A stretch of 64,000 bases of DNA, taken from contig CACAWS010000004.1 in assembly GCA_902536295.1 (NCBI GenBank), positions 6,568 through 70,567 on the forward strand, written 5' to 3'. Positions 19,896-29,403 of this stretch are shown one piece after another. Source of the DNA: an uncultured SAR86 cluster bacterium. Its GTDB lineage: Bacteria > Pseudomonadota > Gammaproteobacteria > Magnimaribacterales > AG-339-G14. How positions within the stretch are numbered: the stretch's first letter is position 1; the number at the start of each line of letters is the position of its first letter. A program made the translations under genes and the position numbers. Below the pieces are notes generated by a model. The model was given only the letters and a program-made list of their open reading frames with translations. It was not told the origin of the DNA and did no database searches.

Positions 19896-20144
19896 ATGAA
19901 TGACTTAATTGAAGAAGCTAAATTTAGAAGTAGAAGAGGACTAAACGAGTTAGATTTAGTGCTTGAGCCTTTTTCGAAGAATAACTTAAATAACTTAAAC
20001 CCAAGAGAGTTAGAGTCTTATCTTGAGATACTTTCATGGGAAGATAATGACTTAGCTGATGCAATACTTTATGGCAAAGTTTGTAAAGATAAAGAATTAC
20101 AAAATGTAATAACAAAAATAATTGATTTTTTTAGTGAAATTTAG
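19896..20144 (+). CDS. sdhE: FAD assembly factor SdhE (YgfY)
   Basis: 82 aa. RSRRGLNELDLVLEPF matches the SdhE RGxxE motif region. Confidence 0.8.
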   Translation: MNDLIEEAKFRSRRGLNELDLVLEPFSKNNLNNLNPRELESYLEILSWEDNDLADAILYGKVCKDKELQNVITKIIDFFSEI

Positions 20145-20145
20145 C

Positions 20146-20172
20146 TGAACTTATGCACAATGCACATGTCAA
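20146..20172 (+). promoter_or_regulatory. sigma-E-type promoter upstream of rpoE
   Basis: GAACTT (20146-20151), 16 nt, TCAAA (20168-20172). It lies 17 bp upstream of the rpoE start and fits the GGAACTT-N16-TCAAA consensus. Confidence 0.6.
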
Positions 20173-20188
20173 ATGAAAAAGGATAGAG

Positions 20189-20770
20189 ATGAACTCAGAA
20201 AAAAGCCTTATAAACTTGGTCAAAAAAGGCGACAAAAAGGCCTACGAAGTACTTGTTTTGCAATATCAAGACAGGTTAGTTTTTTCTGTTTACAAATTTC
20301 TTAAGGATTATGAACTTGCACAAGACATAGCCCAAGAAGCTTTTGTAAAAGCTTTTAAAAACATTGAAAAATTTCGCGGCGATAGTTCCTTCTATACTTG
20401 GATTTATAGAATTGCTATAAACACTGCAAAGAATTTTTTATCTACTAAATCTAGAAGATCTGAAGTTTACGATGATGAAATAATGGAGTTAAAACTTTCT
20501 GAATCTGCAGCAACTTCAGAAAATCCTGAAAATATTTTAGAAGCTGAGGAGTTACGATCTATCATGATGGACGCAATACAAGGTCTTCCTGATGATATCA
20601 GATCTACTTTAAGCTTAAGAGAATTTGATGGTTTAAGCTATGAACAAATAGCTGAAGTTCAGAATTGCCCAATAGGAACAGTTAGATCTAGAATTCACAA
20701 AGGTCGTGAAATTTTAGATAAAACTTTTTCTAAATATAACATGTCTAATTTGGAGATAAATTTAATATGA
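20189..20770 (+). CDS. rpoE: ECF sigma factor sigma-E (RpoE/AlgU)
   Basis: 193 aa with region 2 (YKFLKDYELAQDIAQEAFVKAF) and region 4 (LREFDGLSYEQIAEVQNCPIGTVRSRIHKGRE). Confidence 0.9.
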   Translation: MNSEKSLINLVKKGDKKAYEVLVLQYQDRLVFSVYKFLKDYELAQDIAQEAFVKAFKNIEKFRGDSSFYTWIYRIAINTAKNFLSTKSRRSEVYDDEIMELKLSESAATSENPENILEAEELRSIMMDAIQGLPDDIRSTLSLREFDGLSYEQIAEVQNCPIGTVRSRIHKGREILDKTFSKYNMSNLEINLI

Positions 20771-21453
20771 GTAAAGTATTTGAGCAAAAATTATCTTTAT
20801 TAATGGATGGGGAGATAACCCCTTTTGAAACAAAAAGATTAGTAGATGAAATTCAATCAAACTCACATCTGAGGAGCCTTTGGCTGAGGATGAATAAACA
20901 TAAAGCTGCTATGCATGGCGAATTACTAGACCAAAATCTAGACCTCTCTCAAAAAATAATGTCTCAAATCAACAAATCTACATCAACTACAAAAACTTTT
21001 AAAACATGGCCTAAGTTTCAATTTTTATCCTTGACCTATATGAAGGCGTGTTGTTATCTGATAGGTTTTTTCTTTATCTTATCCTTACCTCTTTTTAATT
21101 TGCCTTCTCCTTCATCTACAATCTCTTCGAAACAAAATATCCTTCCCCTCAATAATGAAGCATTATTAGTGGATTTGGGAGCGCAATTTAACGGCAATTT
21201 AAAAGACTATAGAATTACTTCATCCTCAAGCATGGAAGCAAATTATCTCATTCCTGGAGATGAAAAGTCTGTGAGATTAAAAGTCTTTTTTGATCGTATT
21301 CCAGAACAAGAATGGCTTGGAACGATAAACAACGGAGTCACAGTTCATACCAAATCAGGCTCAACCCCACTTATCCTCAATCTTTCTAGCGAAAATCTTC
21401 CAAATCAAAGGCTCATCAAAATATCAAACACTTTCTTAGAAAAAAATAAATAA
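20767..21453 (+). CDS. rseA: anti-sigma-E factor (RseA/MucA-like)
   Basis: 228 aa. The N-terminus LSLLMDGE...W...H is RseA_N-like. It has one central TM segment and a 4-bp overlap with rpoE. Confidence 0.65.
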   Translation: MSKVFEQKLSLLMDGEITPFETKRLVDEIQSNSHLRSLWLRMNKHKAAMHGELLDQNLDLSQKIMSQINKSTSTTKTFKTWPKFQFLSLTYMKACCYLIGFFFILSLPLFNLPSPSSTISSKQNILPLNNEALLVDLGAQFNGNLKDYRITSSSSMEANYLIPGDEKSVRLKVFFDRIPEQEWLGTINNGVTVHTKSGSTPLILNLSSENLPNQRLIKISNTFLEKNK

Positions 21454-22865
21454 TGCGAAAAGTCCTTTTTTTTCTTTTCATCTGTATATTAATTATCCCA
21501 AGTTTAAGTTTCTCAGATGATAAATTCTTGCCTAATATAGCTGAGCTAGTCGAAAATACCTCAGCCGCTGTAGTAAACGTTAGCGTTACCAAAACCGTTA
21601 AAACTCAGCCAAGACATAGCCCTTTTCCCGGGTCTCCAAGAGGTTTTCCTTTTGATGATTTCTTTAACTTTCCTTTTGAAGAACCTAAACAACAAAGAGA
21701 AAGAAAAATAAGTTCAGGCGGATCAGGTTTCATAATATCTAAAGATGGCTATATTCTCACTAACCATCATGTTGTTGCGGAGGCTACAGAAATAGTCATA
21801 AGTCTTAATGATAGAAGAGAATTCAAAGCTAATTTGATAGGTAGTGATGAAAAATCCGACGTCGCGCTTCTTAAAATTAATACCAATGAAGCCTTGCCCT
21901 ATTTATCACTTGGCAATTCCGATGAAATAAGAGTGGGCGACTGGGTTGTAGCAATAGGATCTCCATATCGTTTGAATTTTTCGGTAACTGCTGGAATCGT
22001 AAGCGCGAAGTCTAGAAGTATTCCTGATCAAGGAACTTCTTATATACCTTTTATACAGTCTGATGTTGCCATTAACCCAGGAAATTCAGGCGGCCCACTA
22101 TTTAATCTTAAAGGTGAGGTTATAGGGATTAACGCAATGATTTATTCAAGCGGCGGAGGTTACATGGGAATTTCGTTCACAATTCCAATTAATTACGCAT
22201 CAGAAATTATAGAGCAGTTGAAAAGTGATGGCGTAGTGTCGAGAGGCTGGTTAGGTGTAAGCGTTCAAGAGGTTACTAAAGATTTAGCTGATTCTTTTAA
22301 ATTAGGTAATCCACGTGGAGCATTGATTGGAAACGTACTAAAAGACAGCCCCGCAGAAAGAGCTGGTTTAAAAAATGGAGATGTAATTTTAAGTTTTAAC
22401 AAACAAAAAATTATTTATTCAGGTGATTTACCTTTAATTGTTGGAAGAATTAAACCAGACACTACAGTTGATGCGGTAATTTTTAGATCAGGCATAGAGA
22501 AAAAAATGAGAGTCAAAGTCGGAGTCCTAGAAGAAAATAAAACAGAAAATATTATCCCTGCTGCTGAAGACAAAAGTGATGATTTATTGGGCCTGAAATT
22601 GGTACCAGTTATGGACTTATCGAGTGAAAAAGTTGAACAATTAAAAGTTGAATCAGGCGTTTTCGTCGAAGAGGTTAAAGATGGGCCTGCAAAAGACGCT
22701 GGAATCCAGGTTGGAGATGTTATAACTACAATGGCCTTCAAAGAGGTTTCAAATTTAGAAGATTACAATTCAATTCTTTCTGAATTAAGTACTGAAGATA
22801 ACTTAGCTGTCAGAATTGTCAGGAATGGTAATGGTTCTTTTATTACTATAAAACTAAAAAAATAA
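21453..22865 (+). CDS. periplasmic serine endoprotease, HtrA family (DegP/DegQ/MucD-like), two PDZ domains
   Basis: 470 aa with a signal peptide and the catalytic triad contexts TNHHV, DVALLKI and GNSGGPL. Confidence 0.9.
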   Translation: MRKVLFFLFICILIIPSLSFSDDKFLPNIAELVENTSAAVVNVSVTKTVKTQPRHSPFPGSPRGFPFDDFFNFPFEEPKQQRERKISSGGSGFIISKDGYILTNHHVVAEATEIVISLNDRREFKANLIGSDEKSDVALLKINTNEALPYLSLGNSDEIRVGDWVVAIGSPYRLNFSVTAGIVSAKSRSIPDQGTSYIPFIQSDVAINPGNSGGPLFNLKGEVIGINAMIYSSGGGYMGISFTIPINYASEIIEQLKSDGVVSRGWLGVSVQEVTKDLADSFKLGNPRGALIGNVLKDSPAERAGLKNGDVILSFNKQKIIYSGDLPLIVGRIKPDTTVDAVIFRSGIEKKMRVKVGVLEENKTENIIPAAEDKSDDLLGLKLVPVMDLSSEKVEQLKVESGVFVEEVKDGPAKDAGIQVGDVITTMAFKEVSNLEDYNSILSELSTEDNLAVRIVRNGNGSFITIKLKK

Positions 22866-22879
22866 GCGATAATCTTTAA

Positions 22880-24676
22880 ATGGAGGATAACTCTTTAGAT
22901 TACACTAGGAATTTTTCTATTATCGCTCACATCGATCATGGTAAATCGACTTTGGCCGACAGAATTATTGAGCTATGTGGCGGCTTGTCCAATAGAGAAA
23001 TGCAAAGTCAAGTCTTGGATTCTTTGGAAATAGAAAGAGAGCGGGGTATAACTGTTAAAGCTCAATCCGTAGCCCTTAAATTCAAAAAAAATGGCTCAAA
23101 CTATAATTTAAATTTAATAGATACTCCTGGACATGTAGATTTTGCTTACGAAGTATCTCGTTCCTTAGCCGCATGTGATGGAGCTATTTTGTTAATCGAC
23201 GCCTCACAAGGAGTAGAAGCTCAAACTTTATCGACCTGCTATAACGCTATAGAGCAAGGATTAACCATTTTGCCTGTTTTAAATAAAATTGATCTTCCTC
23301 AATCTGATCCAGATAGAGTAAAAAAGGAGATAGAAGAAATAATAGGCATTGACGCTGGTAATGCTCCTTGTATCAGTGCAAAAAACGGGGATGGCGTCGA
23401 AGAGCTATTAAATATAATTATCGATGAAATTCCCTCGCCAGAAGGAGAAATTAATTCAGCCTTAGAAGCGCTAATTATTGATTCTTGGTTTGATCAATAC
23501 CTTGGCGTAGTTTCCTTAGTGAAAGTAATGAATGGGAAAATTATTCAAGGCGAAAAAATAAAATTTAATTCATCTGGAAATGTTCACTTGGCAGAAAAAA
23601 TAGGTTTTTTTACTCCAAAGCGTCAAGAAAAAAATCAATTAAGTGTTGGGGAGGTTGGATTTGTTTGTGCTGGCGTAAGAGACATAAGAGGTGCGCCAGT
23701 TGGAGATACTCTTACCCATCAAAGTCACAACGCAGTTCTTCCAGGTTTTAAGCCTATAAAGCCTCAAGTTTTTGCTGCTTTATATCCCTTGGATTCTTCA
23801 GAATTTGAACTTTTTAGAGAATCTTTGGAAAGATTGTCATTAAATGATGCTGCTTTGAGTTATCAACCTGAACAGTCTTCAGCTTTAGGCTCTGGGTTTA
23901 GATGCGGTTTTTTAGGAACGCTTCACATGGAAATAGTAATTGAGCGTTTAGAAGTAGAGCATGGCATTGAATTGCTTGCAACTGCACCTACAGTTGCATA
24001 TCAGATTATCGATTCGTCGAATAACCTTTTGGAAATAGAAAATCCGAGTAAATATCCAGAACCAAATCACATAAACGAAGTTAAAGAGCCCATAGCAAAA
24101 GCGACGATGCTTGTTCCAGAAAAATTTATTGGAAATGTAATATCTTTATGTGAAGAAAAGAGAGGTATTCAAAAATCTTTAAGATACGTAGGAGGTCAAA
24201 TAGAACTAATTTATGAAATGCCAATGAACGAAATTGTCTTAGATTTCTTTGACAGATTGAAGTCTTGTAGCAAAGGATATGCCTCTTTAGATTACGACTT
24301 CTTAAGGTTTCAAAATAGCGATATGGTTAAAGTCGATATTTTGCTAAATGGTGAAAAAGTTGATGCATTAAATTTTATGGTTCATCGATCAAAGGCAGAT
24401 CAAAAGGGAAGAGAATTAGCAAAATCTCTTAGAGAAGTAATTCCAAGACAGATGTATGACATAGCCATCCAAGCAGCAATTGGAGGCAAAATTTTGGCTA
24501 GAGAAACTGTGAAAGCGTTTCGTAAAGACGTAACAGCGAAATTATATGGAGGCGATGTTACTCGAAAAATGAAACTTTTAGAAAAGCAAAAGAAGGGTAA
24601 GAAAAAAATGAGACAAATTGGAAAAGTTGAAGTGCCTCAAGAAGCTTTTCTTTCAATCTTAAAAGTGTCTAAATGA
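22880..24676 (+). CDS. lepA: translation elongation factor 4
   Basis: 598 aa. The N-terminal [19 protein letters not shown] GTPase domain and the LepA-specific C-terminus are present. Confidence 0.95.
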   Translation: MEDNSLDYTRNFSIIAHIDHGKSTLADRIIELCGGLSNREMQSQVLDSLEIERERGITVKAQSVALKFKKNGSNYNLNLIDTPGHVDFAYEVSRSLAACDGAILLIDASQGVEAQTLSTCYNAIEQGLTILPVLNKIDLPQSDPDRVKKEIEEIIGIDAGNAPCISAKNGDGVEELLNIIIDEIPSPEGEINSALEALIIDSWFDQYLGVVSLVKVMNGKIIQGEKIKFNSSGNVHLAEKIGFFTPKRQEKNQLSVGEVGFVCAGVRDIRGAPVGDTLTHQSHNAVLPGFKPIKPQVFAALYPLDSSEFELFRESLERLSLNDAALSYQPEQSSALGSGFRCGFLGTLHMEIVIERLEVEHGIELLATAPTVAYQIIDSSNNLLEIENPSKYPEPNHINEVKEPIAKATMLVPEKFIGNVISLCEEKRGIQKSLRYVGGQIELIYEMPMNEIVLDFFDRLKSCSKGYASLDYDFLRFQNSDMVKVDILLNGEKVDALNFMVHRSKADQKGRELAKSLREVIPRQMYDIAIQAAIGGKILARETVKAFRKDVTAKLYGGDVTRKMKLLEKQKKGKKKMRQIGKVEVPQEAFLSILKVSK

Positions 24677-25653
24677 ATTTTTATTTCATATTTTATTTCG
24701 TTTTAATAACCTCATTCACTTTAATAGGTCTATGGATTTATTCTGAAAAAAAACTTAAAGGAAAATATAATAAATTAATAAATTATTTTTCATTTCCTTT
24801 AGCAATAGTTGGTCTCTACTGCGTCTTTAGACTGAATTTAGATTTTGGATACATTTTAGTTGGTCTAACTTCTTTCTCATTATTTTTTTGGTTTTTAGGG
24901 AGGATTCTTTCTTTACAAAAATTAATTAAGGAATCTAGATCTTTCTTTTTGATTCTTGCATTGATTACAATTTTTAGATCTTTTCTATTTGAACCATTTC
25001 AAATTCCGTCGGAATCAATGATTCCAGGATTAGAGGTAGGAGACTTTGTTTTAGTAAATAAATTCAAATATGGTTTAAAAAATCCTATAGGAAATAAAAC
25101 TCTACTTTCAAATAATACCCCAGGAAGAGGGGATATTATTGTTTTTACTCCTCCGCATACTTCTTGTACTTCAAAGATAGAAGATGCTTATCCAGCAGGT
25201 AGTTTAATTTCGGCTTTGCCTAATCAGGTCGATATATGGAAAAACTTGAATAATAATTGTTCAAATCTTGGTTTGAAATATGTAAAAAGAATTATTGCAA
25301 TCCCTGGAGATACATTAGAAATAAGAGGAAAAGATTTTTTTATTAATGGAAAAAAGATAGAGAAGAAATTGATTGAGTCAAATTTAAATCAATCTGTGTA
25401 TATGGAAACACAAAACTCAAAAAAATATTATGTTGGTAGTTCGAATTTAAGAGAATTAAAATTTTTCCAATCTTGGTTTATTCCAAATGGTTATTTTTTT
25501 GTTGTTGGAGATAATAGAGACAATAGTTTAGATAGTAGAAGTTGGGGCTTAGTTCCTGAGAAAAATGTTACAGGAAAAGCTCAACTGATTTGGTTGCATT
25601 GGCCGTCATATGGAAGCTTTCCAAGCTTATCCAGAAACAAAGTAATCAAATGA
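24673..25653 (+). CDS. lepB: signal peptidase I
   Basis: 326 aa with SESMIPGL (catalytic Ser), KRIIAIPGD (Lys) and [14 protein letters not shown]. Confidence 0.92.
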   Translation: MNFYFIFYFVLITSFTLIGLWIYSEKKLKGKYNKLINYFSFPLAIVGLYCVFRLNLDFGYILVGLTSFSLFFWFLGRILSLQKLIKESRSFFLILALITIFRSFLFEPFQIPSESMIPGLEVGDFVLVNKFKYGLKNPIGNKTLLSNNTPGRGDIIVFTPPHTSCTSKIEDAYPAGSLISALPNQVDIWKNLNNNCSNLGLKYVKRIIAIPGDTLEIRGKDFFINGKKIEKKLIESNLNQSVYMETQNSKKYYVGSSNLRELKFFQSWFIPNGYFFVVGDNRDNSLDSRSWGLVPEKNVTGKAQLIWLHWPSYGSFPSLSRNKVIK

Positions 25654-26315
25654 AGGGCAAATTAGCTGTGTTAGAAGAGAATTTGAAATATTCTTTCAAA
25701 GACAAAAATTTATTAATTAAAGCTCTTACTCATATAAGCAGTTCTCAAGAAAATAATGAAGTCCTAGAGTTTTTAGGAGATTCAGTTATAAATTTAATCA
25801 TTAGTGAGCTTTTAATCGAGAAGTTTCCCAGTAAAAATGAAGGGTTTTTAAGTTTAATGCGTTCGAAATTAGTTAGTAGAGAGATGCTAAATAAAATAGC
25901 CAAAGATTTGCAATTAAAGGATTATATAATCTTAGGAGAGTCATTTAAAAACCAAAAAATTACTGAGGATTTATTAGGAAATGCACTAGAAGCAATTCTT
26001 GGGTCAATTTTTTTAGAAAAAGGATTAATTCCCGTAAGAAAAGTAATTAAAATTTTTTTTAAAAAAGAAATTGTGTCGCTTTCGGAATCAGACTTAAAAA
26101 ATAGTAAAACCATTTTGCAAGAATACTGTCAAAAAAATAACTTAAATTTACCGAGTTATTGTGAAATTAAAAAAGATGAAAGAATAAATTCTTTTGTTGT
26201 GATTTGTCTTATAAATGAAGATCTACAAAGTTTAGGTTATGGGAAAAATTTAAAATATGCTGAACTAGATGCAGCTAAAAAAGTTATGAAAAAAATAAAA
26301 ATCATAAATGGATAG
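25650..26315 (+). CDS. rnc: ribonuclease III
   Basis: The LEFLGDSVINL signature and a C-terminal dsRBD are present. I prefer the ATG at 25650 ([12 protein letters not shown]), which overlaps the lepB TGA as ATGA. The listed start at 25590 lies inside lepB. Confidence 0.9.
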   Translation: MKGKLAVLEENLKYSFKDKNLLIKALTHISSSQENNEVLEFLGDSVINLIISELLIEKFPSKNEGFLSLMRSKLVSREMLNKIAKDLQLKDYIILGESFKNQKITEDLLGNALEAILGSIFLEKGLIPVRKVIKIFFKKEIVSLSESDLKNSKTILQEYCQKNNLNLPSYCEIKKDERINSFVVICLINEDLQSLGYGKNLKYAELDAAKKVMKKIKIING

Positions 26316-27192
26316 AAAATTTGGTTTTGTATCTTTGACTGGAAGAACCAATGTGGGAAAGTCCACTCTTCTTAATTCTCTTTTTCAAAAAAAAATTTCG
26401 ATAACTTCAAGGAAACCACAAACCACAAGAAACAGAATTTTAGGTATTTTGTCAAAAGGAAATAATCAAATTGTTTTCCTTGATTCTCCGGGGGTTCACG
26501 TTGGATATAAAAGAGCTCTTAACAAGTACATGAATAAAACAGCCAGAGCCTGTTACGAGGAAGTAGATTTAGTGGTGTTTGTAGTAGACAGGGGAAAATG
26601 GCAAAAAGAGGAAGATAGCATTTTAAAAAATCTTAAAGAATTAAATAAACCTATATTATTAGCAATCAATAAAATTGATAGAGTAAAAAATAATAATAAT
26701 ATTTTACCAATCATTAATGAATTAAATTCAAAATATCCTTTTGAAGCAATCATTCCTGTTTCAGCGCTAAAAAAAGTGAAAGTAGATTTATTGCTTTCGA
26801 AAATAATTGAAACTATTCCCGCTGGAGAATTTCATTATCCTATAGAAAATGAAAAAGAGTTTTCTAAGTCTTTTTTCATATCGGAAATAATAAGAGAGAA
26901 AGCAATCAACAGGCTTGGCGATGAATTGCCCTATAGGATTAATGTACAAATAGAGAAAATTGATGAAGGAAAATCTATCCAACATATTCACTCAAACATA
27001 CATGTCGAGTCTTCAAGTCAGAAAGCTATCTTATTAGGAAAGAATGGCGCAATGATAAAATCGATTGGTATGTCTTCAAGGAAAGAGTTAGAAAAAGAAT
27101 TAAAATCAAAGGTGAATTTGCAGTTAAGAATAAAAGTTAAAAAAAATTGGACTAATGATATTAATTTATTGTCTAAATATGGATACGATTGA
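26308..27192 (+). CDS. era: GTPase Era
   Basis: 294 aa with GRTNVGKSTLLN (G1), DSPG and NKID, plus a C-terminal KH domain. Confidence 0.93.
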   Translation: MDRKFGFVSLTGRTNVGKSTLLNSLFQKKISITSRKPQTTRNRILGILSKGNNQIVFLDSPGVHVGYKRALNKYMNKTARACYEEVDLVVFVVDRGKWQKEEDSILKNLKELNKPILLAINKIDRVKNNNNILPIINELNSKYPFEAIIPVSALKKVKVDLLLSKIIETIPAGEFHYPIENEKEFSKSFFISEIIREKAINRLGDELPYRINVQIEKIDEGKSIQHIHSNIHVESSSQKAILLGKNGAMIKSIGMSSRKELEKELKSKVNLQLRIKVKKNWTNDINLLSKYGYD

Positions 27193-27195
27193 CTA

Positions 27196-27224
27196 TTGAA
27201 ATTTTTGGTGGTTTGTACTAATAT
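27196..27224 (+). promoter_or_regulatory. sigma-70-like promoter TTGAAA-17 nt-TAATAT
   Basis: Hexamers are read at 27196-27201 and 27219-27224. The predicted start lies just upstream of the CGTTCA that opens the leader structure. Confidence 0.45.
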
Positions 27225-27235
27225 TGCACAGTAAT

Positions 27236-27368
27236 CGTTCATCTTTTGCACTATTTAAATGCAAAAGACGGAAGTAGGAAGATAGGAAAACCTCTTTCTT
27301 CCCTAGGGAGGAAAGGTTAGCAAGTACCCAATGCGGGAACGAGACCGAATATCTAACGAAGGAACGCG
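27236..27368 (+). promoter_or_regulatory. candidate glutamine riboswitch (glnA RNA / Downstream-peptide class) with an expanded distal stem
   Basis: Elements occur in this order. CGTTCA lies at 27236-27241. A perfect 8-bp hairpin follows (CTTTTGCA 27243-27250 / TGCAAAAG 27260-27267). ACGGAAGTAGG lies at 27268-27278. A ~78-nt insert comes next, closed by AGATA (27280-27284) / TATCT (27350-27354), with an inner hairpin at 27287-27316. CGAAGGAACGCG lies at 27357-27368. CGTTC pairs with GAACG (27362-27366) to close a three-way junction. AGUA opposite GAA would form the E-loop. Confidence 0.6.
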
Positions 27369-27430
27369 TTGAGAAGGGTGTACGTCGGGAGATGTATGTA
27401 CGAAATCGATACGAAAACTGGAGGCACGAT

Positions 27431-27592
27431 ATGGCTACTTACTATAGAGGCGTTAAAGTAAACTCTGATAAATCTAATTCTGATGCTCAAGAAGCTAAGG
27501 GTGGAATATACAGAGGTATTAAACACGACGCATTACGAAATAAGTCAGTTAAAAAACCTGGGATTTATCGCGGGACTAGAACAACTGCATGA
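27431..27592 (+). CDS. small basic protein with three YRG repeats (53 aa; possibly DUF4278-like)
   Basis: MATYYRGVKVNSDKSNSDAQEAKGGIYRGIKHDALRNKSVKKPGIYRGTRTTA. A GGAGG SD lies 7 nt upstream of the ATG at 27431. The listed longer ORF start (27392) has no SD. Confidence 0.6.
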   Translation: MATYYRGVKVNSDKSNSDAQEAKGGIYRGIKHDALRNKSVKKPGIYRGTRTTA

Positions 27593-27614
27593 CTTTGTTT
27601 TAAGTTAAAAATTA

Positions 27615-27643
27615 GGGAGGCTTAACAGCCTCCCTTTTTTTTT
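27615..27643 (+). terminator. rho-independent terminator
   Basis: GGGAGGCT-TAAC-AGCCTCCC, a perfect 8-bp GC-rich stem, is followed by nine T residues. Confidence 0.85.
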
Positions 27644-27663
27644 GATAAATTAGATAAAAAAAA

Positions 27664-28380
27664 TTGAAAAATTCAAGGTTTTCAGCCAAAGCTGTACTTT
27701 TACATTCATCAAATTATAGAGAAACTAGTTTAATAGGTACTTTTTTTACAGATAAATATGGTCTTGTTAAATTAGTTGTAAGAGCAGCTAAGACAAAAAA
27801 AAGTAAATTTTCAAGCATAAAAGCTCCAGGAGCTGTCTTTGATATTGAATTCGGAGGAAAAGGAGAGTTAAAAAATCTTTATGCTGCTGAAATTGTTGAC
27901 TCCATAATTATTGATGAAACTAATTTAAAAATTCATCTTTATCTACATGAAATAATAATTAGAACTTTAGAATTAGAGGCCCCTGTTCAAGCAATATTTG
28001 AAAGTTTATTAAATTTGATGAAAGAAATAGAAAAGATCGGTGATTCTACCCAGAAGGAATTTAAACTAAGGCAATTTGAATTTCAGTTGTTATCAGAATT
28101 GGGATACGAATTTAGTCTTTCACATGATTGCAATGGAAAATTGATAGAAGAAGAGTCTTTTTATGAGTTCATTCCTAGTCAAGGATTAAAAGAAACAAGT
28201 AAAATAGATCAAAATTATGTATCTCAAGGTAGTTCAATTTTAAGATTCAAGGAAGGTGCTTTCGAAAATGAACAGTCAAAAAAATTTATTAAATATATAA
28301 TGAGATCTTCGTTAGATACAATATCGACAAAACCCTTAAACTCTTCAAAATTTTTTAGATTAAATAAAGATGCGAATTAA
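27664..28380 (+). CDS. recO: DNA repair protein RecO
   Basis: 238 aa with a TTG start. The N-terminal OB-fold pattern (AVLLHSSNYRETSLIGTFFTDKYGLVKLVVR) and its position after era match the rnc-era-recO operon. Confidence 0.75.
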   Translation: MKNSRFSAKAVLLHSSNYRETSLIGTFFTDKYGLVKLVVRAAKTKKSKFSSIKAPGAVFDIEFGGKGELKNLYAAEIVDSIIIDETNLKIHLYLHEIIIRTLELEAPVQAIFESLLNLMKEIEKIGDSTQKEFKLRQFEFQLLSELGYEFSLSHDCNGKLIEEESFYEFIPSQGLKETSKIDQNYVSQGSSILRFKEGAFENEQSKKFIKYIMRSSLDTISTKPLNSSKFFRLNKDAN

Positions 28381-28756
28381 AAATGGAATCGACTTGATAG
28401 AAATAAGCAGGATTAAAAAATCCTATGACACTTTTGGAGATAGATTGCTTAATAGAATTTATGATGAATCTGAAATTAATGTTTTTTTAAAAAAAAGTTT
28501 AGTGGCTAAAGCTCCATTTCTTGCTAAGAACTTTGCCGCAAAGGAAGCAGTATCAAAAGTTTTAGGCACTGGTTTTACAAATGGAATAAGGCCAAAAGAT
28601 ATTGTTATCAAACGAAGGTATGGTGGGCCTGAGGTAGAATTAAGAGGCAAATCAGCAGAATTTGCTAAAAAAATTGGTTTGATATACATCAGTCTCAGTA
28701 TGTCCGATACCAATTATAATGCTACTGCAGTTGCAACCGGAATTTTTGAATCGTGA
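28370..28756 (+). CDS. acpS: holo-[acyl-carrier-protein] synthase
   Basis: 128 aa with [10 protein letters not shown] and [14 protein letters not shown] motifs. Confidence 0.88.
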   Translation: MRIKNGIDLIEISRIKKSYDTFGDRLLNRIYDESEINVFLKKSLVAKAPFLAKNFAAKEAVSKVLGTGFTNGIRPKDIVIKRRYGGPEVELRGKSAEFAKKIGLIYISLSMSDTNYNATAVATGIFES

Positions 28757-29403
28757 AGATAATATTACTTGGACCGCCTGGAGCAGGAAAAGGAACTCAG
28801 GCTGAACTTATTTCAAATAAATTAAACATACCTCATATTTCAACTGGCGATATTCTCAGAGAAGCCATAAGCAATAAAACCCCTTTGGGCGATCAAGCAA
28901 AAAAAATTATGGACCAAGGGAATTTAGTATCTGATGAGGTAATTCTTGGAATTATCAAAGAGAGATTGTCTGAAAAAGATTGTAAAGGTGGCTTTTTATT
29001 TGACGGATTTCCCAGAACTATCGGACAAGCCGATGGTTTAAAAAACTTAAATATAGATATTAACTTAGTTCTTGAGATTAAAATTTCTGACGAAATTATC
29101 ATCACAAGAATGTCTGGAAGAAGAATACATCAAGCTTCTGGTAGAAGTTATCATATAAAATACAATCCTCCCAGAATTGAAGGAAAAGATGACGTTACTG
29201 GTGAGGACTTGATCCAGAGAAATGACGATAAACCAGAAACGGTTTTAGCAAGATTAGAAGTTTATAAAAAACAAACTGACCCATTAATTGACTATTATTT
29301 GGATATTCAGAAAAAAACAGACCTCAAGTTTGTAAAAGTTAACGGAGCAAATTCACCTAAGGAAGTGAGTGAAGAAATATTTAGAAGCTTTGAGAAAATT
29401 TAA
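28753..29403 (+). CDS. adk: adenylate kinase
   Basis: 216 aa with the [11 protein letters not shown]-loop and the LID region. Confidence 0.95.
   Translation: MKIILLGPPGAGKGTQAELISNKLNIPHISTGDILREAISNKTPLGDQAKKIMDQGNLVSDEVILGIIKERLSEKDCKGGFLFDGFPRTIGQADGLKNLNIDINLVLEIKISDEIIITRMSGRRIHQASGRSYHIKYNPPRIEGKDDVTGEDLIQRNDDKPETVLARLEVYKKQTDPLIDYYLDIQKKTDLKFVKVNGANSPKEVSEEIFRSFEKI

Noticed and set aside
25590-25649. Upstream extension of rnc
   Set aside because: It lies entirely inside lepB. The ATG at 25650 forms an ATGA overlap with the lepB stop, and RNase III homology begins there.
27300-27320. GGGAGGAAAGG resembles the RNase P RNA conserved GAGGAAAGUCC block. I also considered 6S, SRP and tmRNA for the GC-richer 27.2-27.4 kb spacer.
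   Set aside because: The string lacks the GUCC continuation. The region is far too short for RNase P RNA or tmRNA and lacks their other conserved blocks. The segment is better explained as the inner hairpin of the riboswitch-like leader.
27392-27430. Longer 66-aa version of the small ORF (start at 27392)
   Set aside because: No ribosome-binding site precedes it, and the added residues (MYVRNRYENWRHD) lie in the leader. The ATG at 27431 has a GGAGG 7 nt upstream.
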